NCBI GenBank assembly: GCA_028281945.1
Contig: JANQIW010000139.1
Location: 1,593-65,592, forward strand
DNA: 64,000 nt
Source of the DNA: Prochloraceae cyanobacterium PL24a_bin.78
GTDB lineage: Bacteria > Cyanobacteriota > Cyanobacteriia > Cyanobacteriales > JANQIW01
Direction of reading: 5' to 3'
Shown in pieces: positions 27,150 through 37,773 of the stretch; within the stretch, counting starts at the first letter, position 1, and every line of letters starts with the position of its first letter. The notes under the pieces are model-generated. The model was not told the origin of the DNA and did no database searches. It saw only the letters and a list, made by a program, of their open reading frames with translations. The position numbers and the translations under genes were made by a program.

Positions 27150-27670
27150 TTTAATCTCCTATTTATATTTTACTGTCAATATTTGGTCGTGGAAATATTG
27201 GGGTTGCTGATTGTATTGTGGCAATGGTATTAATAGATAGAGTAGCTTTGTAATCAGTAATTACTCTAGGGCCTCAGTTAAAGAAAATAGACATTGTTAA
27301 TTGAACTAAAGTAATAAACTAGTTGGCTCAAGCTAATATACAGTATACCCAGAATCTATTTACAACAAACATAATCGAAAAACTCTAAAATTAAAGCTTT
27401 TATGAATTCTTAATTCTCAATTTTCAATGCTTAAGATTATAAATTTCTTGAGAAAAAAAACTAAATATTAGCTTTAATAATATATATAATATTGCATAAA
27501 TCATGAAAGAAAAGTTATATAATTAGGGTATAATTTAATAGATTGGGGGATAAAAAATAAAAATTATAAGGATTATAGCATTTTCAAAAGCTAATTTCAT
27601 AACAAACAAGAATAACATCATTAAAGTCAAAGCTAAACCAGAAAAAACGAATTAAAACAATAAGAATAAT

Positions 27671-28489
27671 ATGAAAATAATCGAACCAATTTCATCACAA
27701 ACACTTTTGAATCGTAGGAAACAATTAAAAAATCAAAGAAGATTCAAAGCAGGATTAACATTATTAAGAACTTTAATATTAATAGGCATGGTTTATGGAT
27801 CTTATACACTGATAATTTTACCAAAATGGTTACTCAAAGATAGTTCTCAAATTGAGATTAGAGGTAATCGATTCCTAGATGAAGAAGAATTTCGCAGTTT
27901 AATTCCCATATCCTATCCTCAATCAATCGTAAAATTAAAACCTGAAAATTTAAAAGAAAAATTGAAATCTAATACACCTGTAATAGACGCTAGAATTTCT
28001 CGTCATTTATTGCCAGCTAAATTAATTATAGAAATTGAAGAAAGGCCACCAGTTGCTGTTATCACCCTAGGGAATACAAAAGTTTCTCAAAATTCACCAC
28101 AAAATAGAGGCTATATAGATGAGAAAGGAAATATCATCCCCTTTGATTTCTATAAAAATCCTCAAGAAAAAGAATTCAAATTGCCAGAATTGTATGCTAA
28201 TGGTTATTTAGAGCAATATAAATCAGATTGGCAACAACTATATCAAGAAATCACAAAATCTTCCCTAAAAATTTTTGCCGTAGATTGGCGAAATCCTAGT
28301 GATTTAATTCTGAAAACAGAATTAGGAAAAGTTAACTTTGGGCCATTAACTTCTCAGTTTTCTTATCAATTAACTGTTTTAGAAAAAATGAGAGATCTAC
28401 CCAATAAATTACAAATAGATAAGATTGAATATATTGATTTAACAATTCCAACATCACCTAAAGTAAAACTTAAAGAAGAAATTAAATAG
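27671..28489 (+). CDS. ftsQ: cell division protein FtsQ/DivIB
   Basis: 272 aa. It has an N-terminal TM and a POTRA-like segment (IEIRGNRFLDEEEFRSLI), and lies immediately upstream of ftsZ. Confidence 0.75.
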   Translation: MKIIEPISSQTLLNRRKQLKNQRRFKAGLTLLRTLILIGMVYGSYTLIILPKWLLKDSSQIEIRGNRFLDEEEFRSLIPISYPQSIVKLKPENLKEKLKSNTPVIDARISRHLLPAKLIIEIEERPPVAVITLGNTKVSQNSPQNRGYIDEKGNIIPFDFYKNPQEKEFKLPELYANGYLEQYKSDWQQLYQEITKSSLKIFAVDWRNPSDLILKTELGKVNFGPLTSQFSYQLTVLEKMRDLPNKLQIDKIEYIDLTIPTSPKVKLKEEIK

Positions 28490-28741
28490 TCAAAAATTTA
28501 TAATTTAGCCAGAAGTTTGCAATAATCAACATAAACAGTATAATTAATGGTAATTAGCTAAACTTTATCATAGCTATAGTTGATTTTATTGATTGGTTAT
28601 GGGTCTAAGTAAACTCAAAATTTAAAAACTAAGCAATAAATTCAGTAAATGTTACTAATCTGGTAGTCTAGAAAGAATTAAGTTAATTTCTAACTAATAA
28701 AACCTTTAAATTTTTTGAGCACTCCATCATTACAAATAGTT

Positions 28742-30025
28742 ATGAAAGATACTACTAAAGTAGGCATTCAACCTCAAAACGTACATATTCCAAATTACCC
28801 TGAAGGAAGTCTGAATATATCAAATAATAACTTTGGGATAGAGGATTATACTAATATAGAACCAAGAGTGGGATCAAGAGAAAGTTCTAAGAAAAACCAA
28901 ATTATACCTAGTTCCGTTGCACATATTAAAGTAGTGGGAGTAGGTGGTGGTGGTTGTAATGCAGTAAATCGAATGATTAGTAGCGATTTAAGAGGAGTAG
29001 AGTTTTGGGCTATTAATACCGATGCTCAGGCATTAGAACAATCGCTTGCTGATGAACGTTTACAAATTGGACAAAAATTAACTAGAGGTTTAGGAGCGGG
29101 TGGCAATCCTGCAATAGGTCAAAAAGCAGCAGAAGAATCTCGAGATGAAATAGCAGCAGTATTACAAAAAACTGATCTAGTATTTATTACCGCAGGTATG
29201 GGGGGTGGTACAGGTACTGGAGCTGCTGCCATTGTGGCTGAAGTTGCTAAGGAAATGGGTTGTCTTACTGTAGCGGTGGTAACTCGTCCGTTTACTTTTG
29301 AGGGCCGTCGTCGGACTAATCAAGCGGAAGAAGGAATTGCTGAACTTCAAAGTAAAGTAGATACTTTAATTGTAATTCCTAATAATCAATTACTTTCGGC
29401 TATTTCTCCAGAAACCCCCATTCAACAAGCTTTTAAAATCGCTGATGATACTTTACGCCAAGGGGTACAAGGTATTTCGGATATTATTACGATTCCAGGA
29501 TTAGTCAATGTTGACTTTGCAGATGTTCGGGCGGTGATGGCAGATGCGGGATCAGCTTTGATGGGAATTGGTGTGGGATCCGGGAAATCTAAGGCTAAAG
29601 AAGGTGCAGTAGCAGCTATTTCTTCTCCTTTATTAGAATCATCTATTGAAGGGGCTAAAGGTGTAGTTTTAAATATTACAGGTGGTTCGGATTTAACCTT
29701 ACATGAAGTGAATACAGCCGCAGAAACTATCTATGAAATCGTGGATCCCAATGCCAATATTATTTTTGGTGCGGTAATCGACGATAAAATGGAAGGTGAA
29801 GTGAGAATTACGGTAATAGCAACAGGTTTCTCTCAAGAAGTAGAACCAAAAGCTCAAAAAACAAGTACTCCTGCTAAAACTCCAACTCAACCCCGAACTA
29901 ATGTTGCTAAACCCCCTACTCCTACTCCAAGGCAAAAACCAGCAACTCAAGAACCTAATTCTAAACCGTCTTTGGATATTCCTGAGTTTTTACAACGTCG
30001 TCGCTTTCCTAAGAACAATAACTAA
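28742..30025 (+). CDS. ftsZ: cell division GTPase FtsZ
   Basis: [26 protein letters not shown] and [16 protein letters not shown] are tubulin/FtsZ signatures. The C-terminal DIPEFLQRR peptide is present. The track start at 28715 is TTG; the first in-frame ATG is at 28742. Confidence 0.95.
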   Translation: MKDTTKVGIQPQNVHIPNYPEGSLNISNNNFGIEDYTNIEPRVGSRESSKKNQIIPSSVAHIKVVGVGGGGCNAVNRMISSDLRGVEFWAINTDAQALEQSLADERLQIGQKLTRGLGAGGNPAIGQKAAEESRDEIAAVLQKTDLVFITAGMGGGTGTGAAAIVAEVAKEMGCLTVAVVTRPFTFEGRRRTNQAEEGIAELQSKVDTLIVIPNNQLLSAISPETPIQQAFKIADDTLRQGVQGISDIITIPGLVNVDFADVRAVMADAGSALMGIGVGSGKSKAKEGAVAAISSPLLESSIEGAKGVVLNITGGSDLTLHEVNTAAETIYEIVDPNANIIFGAVIDDKMEGEVRITVIATGFSQEVEPKAQKTSTPAKTPTQPRTNVAKPPTPTPRQKPATQEPNSKPSLDIPEFLQRRRFPKNNN

Positions 30026-30069
30026 TCCATTGATTCTGTGATGTATCCAATGGATCAAATAGATCCGAT

Positions 30070-30882
30070 ATGAATATTATACCAGTAGCTTTAACCATTG
30101 CAGGCTCCGATAGTGGTGGAGGTGCGGGGATTCAAGCTGATTTACGAACTTTTTCTTTTCATTGTGTACATGGCACTAGTGTAGTAACTTGTGTTACCGC
30201 TCAAAATACAATAGGTGTTACTAGAGTAGATGGAATGAGTGTACCTTCCGTTGTGGCTCAAATAGAAGCTCTGATGGATGATATTTCTATTGCTGCTGTT
30301 AAAACAGGTATGTTACTCAATGGGGAAATAATTGAAGCAGTGGTAGAGCAGGTGAAAAAATACAATTTATCCCCTTTAGTGGTGGATCCCGTCATGGTAT
30401 CACGTACGGGATCCCAATTGTTAGATTCTCATGCTTTATCTGCTATCAAAGAGATGTTGTTACCTCAAGCTACTATTGTTACCCCCAATCGTTATGAAGC
30501 CCAATTACTAACAGGGATGGAAATTAATACCATTGAAGAGATGAAAAAGGCCGCTCAAGAAATCTCTGATCTAGGGGCATCCACTGTTTTAGTTAAAGGG
30601 GGAGCCATGAAAGGTGCTCTCAAGGGGGTAGATATCTGGTTTGATGGCAACAAGTTGGAAGTTTTATCTACTACAATGGTAACAACTAAAAATACTCATG
30701 GTACTGGTTGTACTCTCTCTGCTGCCATCACTGCTAATTTGGCATTGGGAAAAAACCTTAATTTGGCAGTAAAAGAGGCTAAAAATTATGTAACAGAAGC
30801 TCTTCAATATTCTTTAGATATTGGGGAAGGAACCGGCCCTATTGGACATTTTTTCCCTCTTCTTTTAAAGAAGGAAGATTAA
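30070..30882 (+). CDS. thiD: hydroxymethylpyrimidine/phosphomethylpyrimidine kinase
   Basis: 270 aa. LTIAGSDSGGGAGIQADL, VKTGML and THGTGCTLSAAI are ThiD motifs. Confidence 0.9.
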   Translation: MNIIPVALTIAGSDSGGGAGIQADLRTFSFHCVHGTSVVTCVTAQNTIGVTRVDGMSVPSVVAQIEALMDDISIAAVKTGMLLNGEIIEAVVEQVKKYNLSPLVVDPVMVSRTGSQLLDSHALSAIKEMLLPQATIVTPNRYEAQLLTGMEINTIEEMKKAAQEISDLGASTVLVKGGAMKGALKGVDIWFDGNKLEVLSTTMVTTKNTHGTGCTLSAAITANLALGKNLNLAVKEAKNYVTEALQYSLDIGEGTGPIGHFFPLLLKKED

Positions 30883-30931
30883 GGAAATTTATCAATATTT
30901 TTAAATTAAATAAGATAAGGTTATAGCTTTA

Positions 30932-32200
30932 ATGAGCGCAATTCAAAAAATACGAGGCACCAGAGATATCCTGCCAGAAGAAATTGGTTATTGGCAACAA
31001 TTAGAAGCAACTGTTGCTGAAATTCTCCATCGGGCTGCTTATCAAGAAATTCGATCGCCAATTTTTGAACAAACTTCTCTGTTTAAACGGGGAATCGGTG
31101 AGGCAACTGATGTTGTGGGCAAGGAAATGTATACCTTTGACGATCGAGGTAATCGCTCTTTAACTCTTCGCCCTGAAGGAACCGCAGGTGTGGCTAGGGC
31201 TTACATCGAAAATAATCTCCATAGTCTTGGCAATGTCCAGCGTTTATGGTATATAGGCCCTATGTTTCGCTATGAACGTCCTCAAGAAGGCCGTCAGCGG
31301 CAATTTCACCAAATTGGTTTGGAGTTGTTTGGAACAAGAGATCCAAGGGCAGATGTGGAGGTAATCTCATTGGCTACAGAAATCTTACAAGCTCTAGGGC
31401 TTAAAAGTTTGTCTCTTCAACTGAACTCCGTGGGGAGTGGAGAAGATAGACAAAATTATCGCGAAGCTTTAGTGAATTATTTAAATCCTTATAAAGATGA
31501 TTTGGATGCTGATTCTCAGGAGCGTTTGACACGAAATCCTCTACGGATTTTAGATAGTAAAGATGAAAAAACCCAAGAAATCGCCCAAAATGCCCCTAAA
31601 ATTTTAGATTCCCTGAATCCAGATTCTCGAAAACATTTTGAAAAAGTCTGTCTTTTATTAGATGATTTAGATATCAAATATGAAATAAATCATTGTTTGG
31701 TGAGAGGTTTGGATTATTACAGTCATACTGCTTTTGAAATTCAATCTCAAGATTTAGGAGCACAAGCTACGGTTTGTGGTGGAGGGCGTTACGATGGCTT
31801 AGTTAAGCTGTTAGGTGGGCCTGATACTCCTGCCATTGGTTGGGCCATGGGAATGGAGCGTTTAATTTTATTACTTCAAAAGCTTCAAACTACTTCTGGG
31901 CTAAAACCTGATTTATATCTAGTTTCTAAAGGGGAAAAAGCTGAAGTCCAATCGGTGATCTTAGCTCATAAGTTACGTCATATTGGCTTGAAGGTAGAAT
32001 TAGATTTGAGTGGTAGTGCTTTTGGGAAACAATTTAAACGCGCCGATCGCTCTGGTGCTACTGCTTGCGTAATTTTAGGAGATGCGGAAGTATCTAATCA
32101 AACGGTTCAACTTAAATGGATGGAATCTCAAGAACAAGAAGAGATTAGCATTGATGTTTTATTAAGTAAGATAAAAGAACTACTTTTAAAACATAAATAA
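30932..32200 (+). CDS. hisS: histidine--tRNA ligase
   Basis: 422 aa. RGTRD, LRPEGTA and FRYERPQEGRQRQFHQ are the class II HisRS motifs. Confidence 0.95.
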   Translation: MSAIQKIRGTRDILPEEIGYWQQLEATVAEILHRAAYQEIRSPIFEQTSLFKRGIGEATDVVGKEMYTFDDRGNRSLTLRPEGTAGVARAYIENNLHSLGNVQRLWYIGPMFRYERPQEGRQRQFHQIGLELFGTRDPRADVEVISLATEILQALGLKSLSLQLNSVGSGEDRQNYREALVNYLNPYKDDLDADSQERLTRNPLRILDSKDEKTQEIAQNAPKILDSLNPDSRKHFEKVCLLLDDLDIKYEINHCLVRGLDYYSHTAFEIQSQDLGAQATVCGGGRYDGLVKLLGGPDTPAIGWAMGMERLILLLQKLQTTSGLKPDLYLVSKGEKAEVQSVILAHKLRHIGLKVELDLSGSAFGKQFKRADRSGATACVILGDAEVSNQTVQLKWMESQEQEEISIDVLLSKIKELLLKHK

Positions 32201-32253
32201 TGATAATAAATTATAAAACTTAGATATTGTAAACTTATTTAGGAATTGGAGCC

Positions 32254-33957
32254 ATGGAATATTATTCATTTCTTCTCCAAAAAGAAGGGGGAAAGGATTG
32301 GTTAGATCTTTCTCAACCAATTGTAGAAATTAAAGAAGGTAAATACAGATTAATTGCCCAATGTCCGCAGGCGAATGTTGAAGTAATGGTCAGTATGATT
32401 CGTGAATTTGAAGAAAATGGTGAAGTTATTCGTAGGGTAAAAAAGCGTTTGCGTCCTACTAATGAGGAGGGAATGTTAGTGATTTGCTCTTTTACTGACT
32501 TTAAGCCTGGAATGTGGCAGATATCTTTAGCTAATGAGTTAGATAAAACAGAAGCTAATCTTAAATTAATTATTTGGGCGAAAGAGGTAGAAACGTCTGA
32601 TTTAATGCCTAACAAAATATGGAATCAAGATATTTCTTCTCAAGATTTAAATACAGAAAATTTATCTCAAGAAAATTCATCTTCTTTCGTTTTAACTGAG
32701 GAAAAAAGAGAGCAAAATTTAACAGAGGATAATAATATCTCTATTGCTAATGGGGAAAATCCTATTGATTTAGGATTGCGATTGATTTTAGAAAAAGATT
32801 CTTTTATTAGATGTAATGATGAACCAATTTTGGTTTCTGGGGAAATAGATAGTTGGTATCATGTATGTAATAAAATTTTTCAAGGTACTATTTATTATCA
32901 ACTTCGGGATCCAGAAACAGGGGAAACAATCATTGAAGAAAAACAAGATATCTCTCCACAAAATCTCCCAGTTATTTTCCATCGCAATCTTGATTTACCA
33001 TCAACTTGTAATAGTTATTTAATTTTAGGAGAGGTAATTATTGAGGGTAGTTATGAGTCTTCAGATTTGAAAGATTCACTCTTTTTTGTCGAGCGTCAAT
33101 CTTTTACAATTACTAGTAATGTTAATGATTTATTAGTCAAAGTTCAACCTCAAAAACAAGAAATTATAACTAAACAAGAAGTAATTAAAACTCAAGAAAA
33201 ACAATCTTTGTCTTCTAAAGAAAATCAAAAATTGAATCCTTCTACTCCTACTACTCCTAGTTTATTTAATACCAAAAAATGTAAAAAGATAATGACTTTA
33301 CAACCTGTTTCTAGTAAGGTATTACCTGATAAAATTAAAGAGCGTCGTTTTAATAAAGAGGGTAAAAAACTTCCTGATTTACCAGGGTTTTTAAAGTCTA
33401 AACAAAAGCAAGTTGATACTTGGAAAAATGATTTAGTAAAGGAAGTTTCAGAAGATATTTCAGAAGACATTTCAAAAGCAATTCCAAAAGAAATTCCAAG
33501 AGAATTCCAAGAAGAATTGTTAGAAAATATCCCAGAAGAAACTCAATCTATGGGGGAAATTCAAGAGACTATTCCACTAGAAATTGAGGATGAAACTGAA
33601 GCAAATATTGAAGAAAAAATCAGAACAAATCTAATTGAAGTAATTGAAACTATTGAGACAATTGAGCCAATTACGATTAATAATAAAGAAGAAATTACTA
33701 ATACTAAAAATCAGGAAATAGATAATGAAACAGTTGCAACAGATAAGACAATAAGAATATCTAATAATTTTGATGAAACTAAGATAATTTCTAATTCTTT
33801 TCCTGATGAATCAAAAGTTAATCAAACAGAAACTCTATCAGAAACTCTATCAGAAAATATCGATATTATGGAAGAAAGATTGTTTGAATATTGTTATGTG
33901 GAAGTAAATAATCAATCTATTGATGAAAGTTATCCAATATCAAATAATCAGGGATAA
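32254..33957 (+). CDS. hypothetical protein, acidic and low-complexity in its C-terminal half
   Basis: 567 aa long ORF. No family was recognised. Short repeats are present (EDISEDIS, ETLSETLSE, IETIETIE). Confidence 0.5.
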   Translation: MEYYSFLLQKEGGKDWLDLSQPIVEIKEGKYRLIAQCPQANVEVMVSMIREFEENGEVIRRVKKRLRPTNEEGMLVICSFTDFKPGMWQISLANELDKTEANLKLIIWAKEVETSDLMPNKIWNQDISSQDLNTENLSQENSSSFVLTEEKREQNLTEDNNISIANGENPIDLGLRLILEKDSFIRCNDEPILVSGEIDSWYHVCNKIFQGTIYYQLRDPETGETIIEEKQDISPQNLPVIFHRNLDLPSTCNSYLILGEVIIEGSYESSDLKDSLFFVERQSFTITSNVNDLLVKVQPQKQEIITKQEVIKTQEKQSLSSKENQKLNPSTPTTPSLFNTKKCKKIMTLQPVSSKVLPDKIKERRFNKEGKKLPDLPGFLKSKQKQVDTWKNDLVKEVSEDISEDISKAIPKEIPREFQEELLENIPEETQSMGEIQETIPLEIEDETEANIEEKIRTNLIEVIETIETIEPITINNKEEITNTKNQEIDNETVATDKTIRISNNFDETKIISNSFPDESKVNQTETLSETLSENIDIMEERLFEYCYVEVNNQSIDESYPISNNQG

Positions 33958-34139
33958 TAAATTACCAATAACAATTAGTTAAGCTTTTTTTGGGGTTTTT
34001 AATCCGATTTTTTGTCAACATATCAGCAACAAATTACTATAAATTAAAATTCGATTTTTAGGAACTTTTTTAGTAGTTTTCTCGACTAAGTTATTGACTA
34101 AGATATTGGAATCTTTTCATTAGAAAATTTAAAATAAAT

Positions 34140-35165
34140 ATGTTGAAAAACACTGGTAAACTTGTTTTATTTAGTTTTGCTTATCTAGGATTTGTAACCC
34201 CTGCTTTAGCAATTCCCCAGACTACGATTCAAGAAGTTTTCATTGACGGAAATGATAATACCATTCAACAGGATTTGTTTCAACAAATAAATTTTAATTT
34301 GGTACTTTTACCAGAGGTTGAAACTACTTTATTCCCTCAAGTTCAAATTCAAGGGGATTTTGTGAATGGAGAAAATAACGATATTCAACAAAGTATCGAC
34401 CAATTTATCCCTGATTTTTTAGTACCTTTTGCTACTTCTTTAGATGAAACACTGACTTTCGATCCTCTTGATGATTTGAATTCTGTTCAATTTACCAGTC
34501 AATTGGTTGATATTATTGGCAATGATAATGAAACTTTCCAATTTAGTGAGCAGACTTTTATCACTTCAGTAGATTTTACTGATAGTAATTTTCTTGGTAT
34601 TGAAGAATTTATTGATACTGTTTTCAATGATAATTTATTGGATGGAATTCAATTTGGAATTCAAGATTTGATAGTTACTGGTGACGGTAATTTTGTTGAA
34701 CAAAGTATTACTCAAACAATCGAAACTTTTTTTATTTTGGATGGGGATTTAGATTTAGATTTGGCTAGTTTATTAACTGATGAAATAAATTCTCCACTAC
34801 AATTTAGTATTCAGGAAACTTTTATCCAGCCAGGAAATGATAATATTGTTTCTCAATCTATTTCTCAAGTAATTGGTGATATATCGGAGTTTAATTTATC
34901 ACTCTTAGAAGAAGATACTACTGGTTTAGATGATTTTGATATTGATAGTTTTATCGATACTGTTTTAAATCAAGCTGATATCAATACTACTCAATTTAAT
35001 CCTCAAAGTATTGTTATTGAAGGGGATGAAAATTTTGAGAGTCAAACCAATTCTCAAACTATTAATACAATTCCAGAGTCTGATTCTACTAATGCTATAT
35101 TATTTTTTGGTATATTAGCCATTTTTTGTGGGTTATTGAGAAGGAAAAAAGGTAGTTTAGGTTAA
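34140..35165 (+). CDS. secreted repeat protein with a PEP-CTERM-like C-terminal sorting signal
   Basis: It has an N-terminal signal peptide (VLFSFAYLGFVTPALA). Six G(N/D)(D/E)Nxx(Q/E)Q-type repeats follow. The C-terminus IPESDSTNAILFFGILAIFCGLLRRKKG has a PEP-like motif, a TM helix and a basic tail. Confidence 0.55.
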   Translation: MLKNTGKLVLFSFAYLGFVTPALAIPQTTIQEVFIDGNDNTIQQDLFQQINFNLVLLPEVETTLFPQVQIQGDFVNGENNDIQQSIDQFIPDFLVPFATSLDETLTFDPLDDLNSVQFTSQLVDIIGNDNETFQFSEQTFITSVDFTDSNFLGIEEFIDTVFNDNLLDGIQFGIQDLIVTGDGNFVEQSITQTIETFFILDGDLDLDLASLLTDEINSPLQFSIQETFIQPGNDNIVSQSISQVIGDISEFNLSLLEEDTTGLDDFDIDSFIDTVLNQADINTTQFNPQSIVIEGDENFESQTNSQTINTIPESDSTNAILFFGILAIFCGLLRRKKGSLG

Positions 35166-35226
35166 TTTTATTAGTATTTTTTTATAAAAAATTTATTACA
35201 GTGGAGTTAATATTGTCAATCAATTT

Positions 35227-36393
35227 CTAATTATTATCGATTAATATTGCTCCTCTTCGCTTTAAATTCTGTTTTAGTTCCTCAGAAATTCCTTCATTAT
35301 CACTAAATTTCGCATCATGGACATCAGCATAATCAAAAATAGCATCAATTAAATTAGCACCACTGAAATTAGTTTTATTAAGATTGGCATCACGGAAATT
35401 AGCTTTTTCTAAATCAGCATCTTCTAAATCTGCTTCATCTAAATCTGCCCCACAAAAGTTAGTACAAATAGAGTTAGTTTTCTTTAAGTTAGCCCTACTT
35501 AAATTTGCTTCAGTGAAATCTGTTTTTTCTAAATCGGCATCTTCTAAATTTGCATCCTCTAAGTCGGCACAACAAAAGTTAGCATTGATTAAATTAGCTT
35601 TTTCTAGATTAACATGATTAAGATTAGTACCATTTAAATTTGCATTTTCTAAATCGGCAGCATATAAATTTGCTTTTTCTAGATTCCCTCTAGTAAAATT
35701 AGTATTGATTAAATTGGCAAGAGTTAAGTTTGTAAGGGTTAAATTAGCTCTACTCAAATCAGAATTTTGTAAATTAGCCTCTTCTAAAATTCCTCCACTT
35801 AAGTTAATTTCAATTAAATTGGCTTCACTCAGATTGGCTTCAGTTAGGTTGGTTAGGCTGAGGTTGGCATTATTGAGGTTGGCTTTTTGGAAAAATACTC
35901 CTGTTAAGTCGCTAAGTTTTAGGTTGACTCTTTCTAGGTTTCTTCTTTCAATTTTTTTACTCCTGATTTCTTGGATTAGTTTGTTTTTGGTTTCTATTGT
36001 TTCTTGAAGTTTTGCTTGTGTTGCTTCGTCTTGGATGAGTTGGATATCTTCTATGGTTTTGTCGCATATTTGAGTAAGTTTTCCTGATTTGATTAGTTCT
36101 TCTAATAATTGAAGTTCTTCGATCGATCCTTCTAAGGTTATTTTTATACTGCTATTTTCCAAATTAATAATTTTGATTGTATTATTATTAGTATTTTTGA
36201 GGTTTGATATAATTTCTTTTTGGATTTTGAGGATATTTATTAAGTTTATTTTTTCAACTGTATCTTTAAGTTTCAATTCTAGATATTGGTTTTTGCTTTG
36301 TATATCGTTAATCCTAGATTTTGTAGATAAATTTTTTATCCTTTTTTGTTCTGCATTTTCCATGGTATTCCTTTTATTTAGTTTTTGTATCAA
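35227..36393 (-). CDS. pentapeptide-repeat protein with an N-terminal coiled-coil region
   Basis: 388 aa. About 200 aa are A(N/D)LxX pentapeptide repeats (ANLSEANLIEINLSG...ADLEDANLEDADLEKTDF...). Confidence 0.85.
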   Translation of the reverse strand: MIQKLNKRNTMENAEQKRIKNLSTKSRINDIQSKNQYLELKLKDTVEKINLINILKIQKEIISNLKNTNNNTIKIINLENSSIKITLEGSIEELQLLEELIKSGKLTQICDKTIEDIQLIQDEATQAKLQETIETKNKLIQEIRSKKIERRNLERVNLKLSDLTGVFFQKANLNNANLSLTNLTEANLSEANLIEINLSGGILEEANLQNSDLSRANLTLTNLTLANLINTNFTRGNLEKANLYAADLENANLNGTNLNHVNLEKANLINANFCCADLEDANLEDADLEKTDFTEANLSRANLKKTNSICTNFCGADLDEADLEDADLEKANFRDANLNKTNFSGANLIDAIFDYADVHDAKFSDNEGISEELKQNLKRRGAILIDNN

Positions 36394-36417
36394 TTATTGT
36401 TTAACTAATTTATAAAG

Positions 36418-36990
36418 AAGCAATAGCTAAAAACCAAAAGCCATTACTTCTAAATATTAGATTTAGTGATTATTTAACCAATTTTCTAGATCTTCTTCAC
36501 TCTGAAAATCTAATAAGTCATCTCCTAAAGTTTCTAAATTCTCTAAAGAAAGTTGGTTTATCTGGTTTTCAAAGGTAGAAGATAGATTTCTAAACCGACG
36601 CTTAAGTATCCGCAATACCATTTCACGTTTCCCTCGATCGATTCCTTGTTCAATACCTTCTTCAACCAAACGATTCATAACAGTCATAATTGCACCTCTT
36701 TATGAATAAGTAATAGCTAAAATTAGAAGCCATTACTTCCAAATATTAGATTTAGTGATTATTTAACCAATTTTCTAGATCTTCTTCAGTTGTAAAATCA
36801 AGTAAAGACTTAGCTAAATTTTCTATATTTTCTAAGGAAAGATTATTTATTCTCTCTTCAAACTTAGAAGATGATGAACCAAACTTGTAATTGAGTAATT
36901 CCAATGCTAAGATACGTTTCCCTCGATCGATACCTTGCTCAATCCCTTCTTCAACCAAACGATTCATAACTGTCATAATTGCACCTCTTT
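36418..36990. repeat. tandem duplication (~289 bp x 2) of the 3' end of the Rpn-like gene plus its downstream flank
   Basis: 36441..36495 is nearly identical to 36730..36784, and 36650..36701 to 36939..36990 (offset 289). The central ~130 bp of the two units has diverged strongly. Confidence 0.8.
36463..36687 (-). CDS. stand-alone DUF4351-like C-terminal cassette (duplicate of the Rpn-like gene C-terminus)
   Basis: 74 aa, MTVMNRLVEEGIEQGIDRGKR ... EEDLENWLNNH. It has the same first 21 and last ~10 residues as the C-terminus of the 306 aa protein. Whether it is expressed is unknown. Confidence 0.45.
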   Translation of the reverse strand: MTVMNRLVEEGIEQGIDRGKREMVLRILKRRFRNLSSTFENQINQLSLENLETLGDDLLDFQSEEDLENWLNNH

Positions 36991-37672
36991 GTGACGATTC
37001 AATTGCTTCTAACTCAGATTTATAAACTTCATTCTCTTCCTGATTCAACTTCAAATAAGTTTCAAGGAAATTCAAAATTAACTCTATCTTTGCAGGATTC
37101 AGACGCAAAGAAGCAAGCATCCGAAGACACTCACATTTCACCCTAAGACGTTCATTTTCAGGAATTCGCATCTTAGTCATCAAAGCAGCAGCCACTGGAT
37201 TGGGATTTTTAAGATATTCCTTCCAATTCAGACGATTTAGCTGAATACTTTTAAAACTAAAATAAAGAACCTGACGATCGGGAAAAGACAACTCATATAC
37301 ATTAGATTCCTCACGATAAGGAGAATCAAAAGAAAACAAAGCCACAGGATAAATAGGTAGCTGATATTTCTCATGTAATCGAGCGAAATACTTAAACATT
37401 CTTTCGGCGAAATCAGATTTAGAAGAAGCTTGGGTTTCGATATGAATCAGAAAAAAAACCTCCTCCTCTTTCATTTTAACTTGCGCTAAGATATCAATGA
37501 TTTTCTTATCACCGGAAGTAATATCCGTTAAAATCTCTTGAGGCATAAAATCAAGGGATTCCTTCTCCACATACGCCAATACTTCAGGAATAAATAATTC
37601 AATAAATTCCCAAAAAAAAGTCTCGATTAACTGCTTAAAATGCCTATCATGGTCAATATCATTATCAGTCAT
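36752..37672 (-). CDS. Rpn-family recombination-promoting nuclease / putative transposase (PD-(D/E)xK) with a DUF4351-like C-terminus
   Basis: 306 aa. FKQLIETFFWEFIELF ... DILAQVKMKEEEVFFLIHIETQ is the PD-(D/E)xK core pattern of cyanobacterial Rpn/YhgA-like proteins. Confidence 0.7.
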   Translation of the reverse strand: MTDNDIDHDRHFKQLIETFFWEFIELFIPEVLAYVEKESLDFMPQEILTDITSGDKKIIDILAQVKMKEEEVFFLIHIETQASSKSDFAERMFKYFARLHEKYQLPIYPVALFSFDSPYREESNVYELSFPDRQVLYFSFKSIQLNRLNWKEYLKNPNPVAAALMTKMRIPENERLRVKCECLRMLASLRLNPAKIELILNFLETYLKLNQEENEVYKSELEAIESSQRGAIMTVMNRLVEEGIEQGIDRGKRILALELLNYKFGSSSSKFEERINNLSLENIENLAKSLLDFTTEEDLENWLNNH

Positions 37673-37773
37673 TAGATATCAAATTACTTAAAAAGAAATA
37701 AAGATAGGAATATTATAAACAAAAAGCATAATCTTAAAACTTTAAATATTCCCAATAATTACTTAAAAAGAAA

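Noticed and set aside
35384-36415. Three plus-strand ORFs (35384..35617, 35705..36007, 36173..36415) with SKSAS/LALLK-type repetitive translations.
   Set aside because: They are antisense shadows of the pentapeptide-repeat gene. Their periodicity mirrors the A(N/D)LxX repeats.
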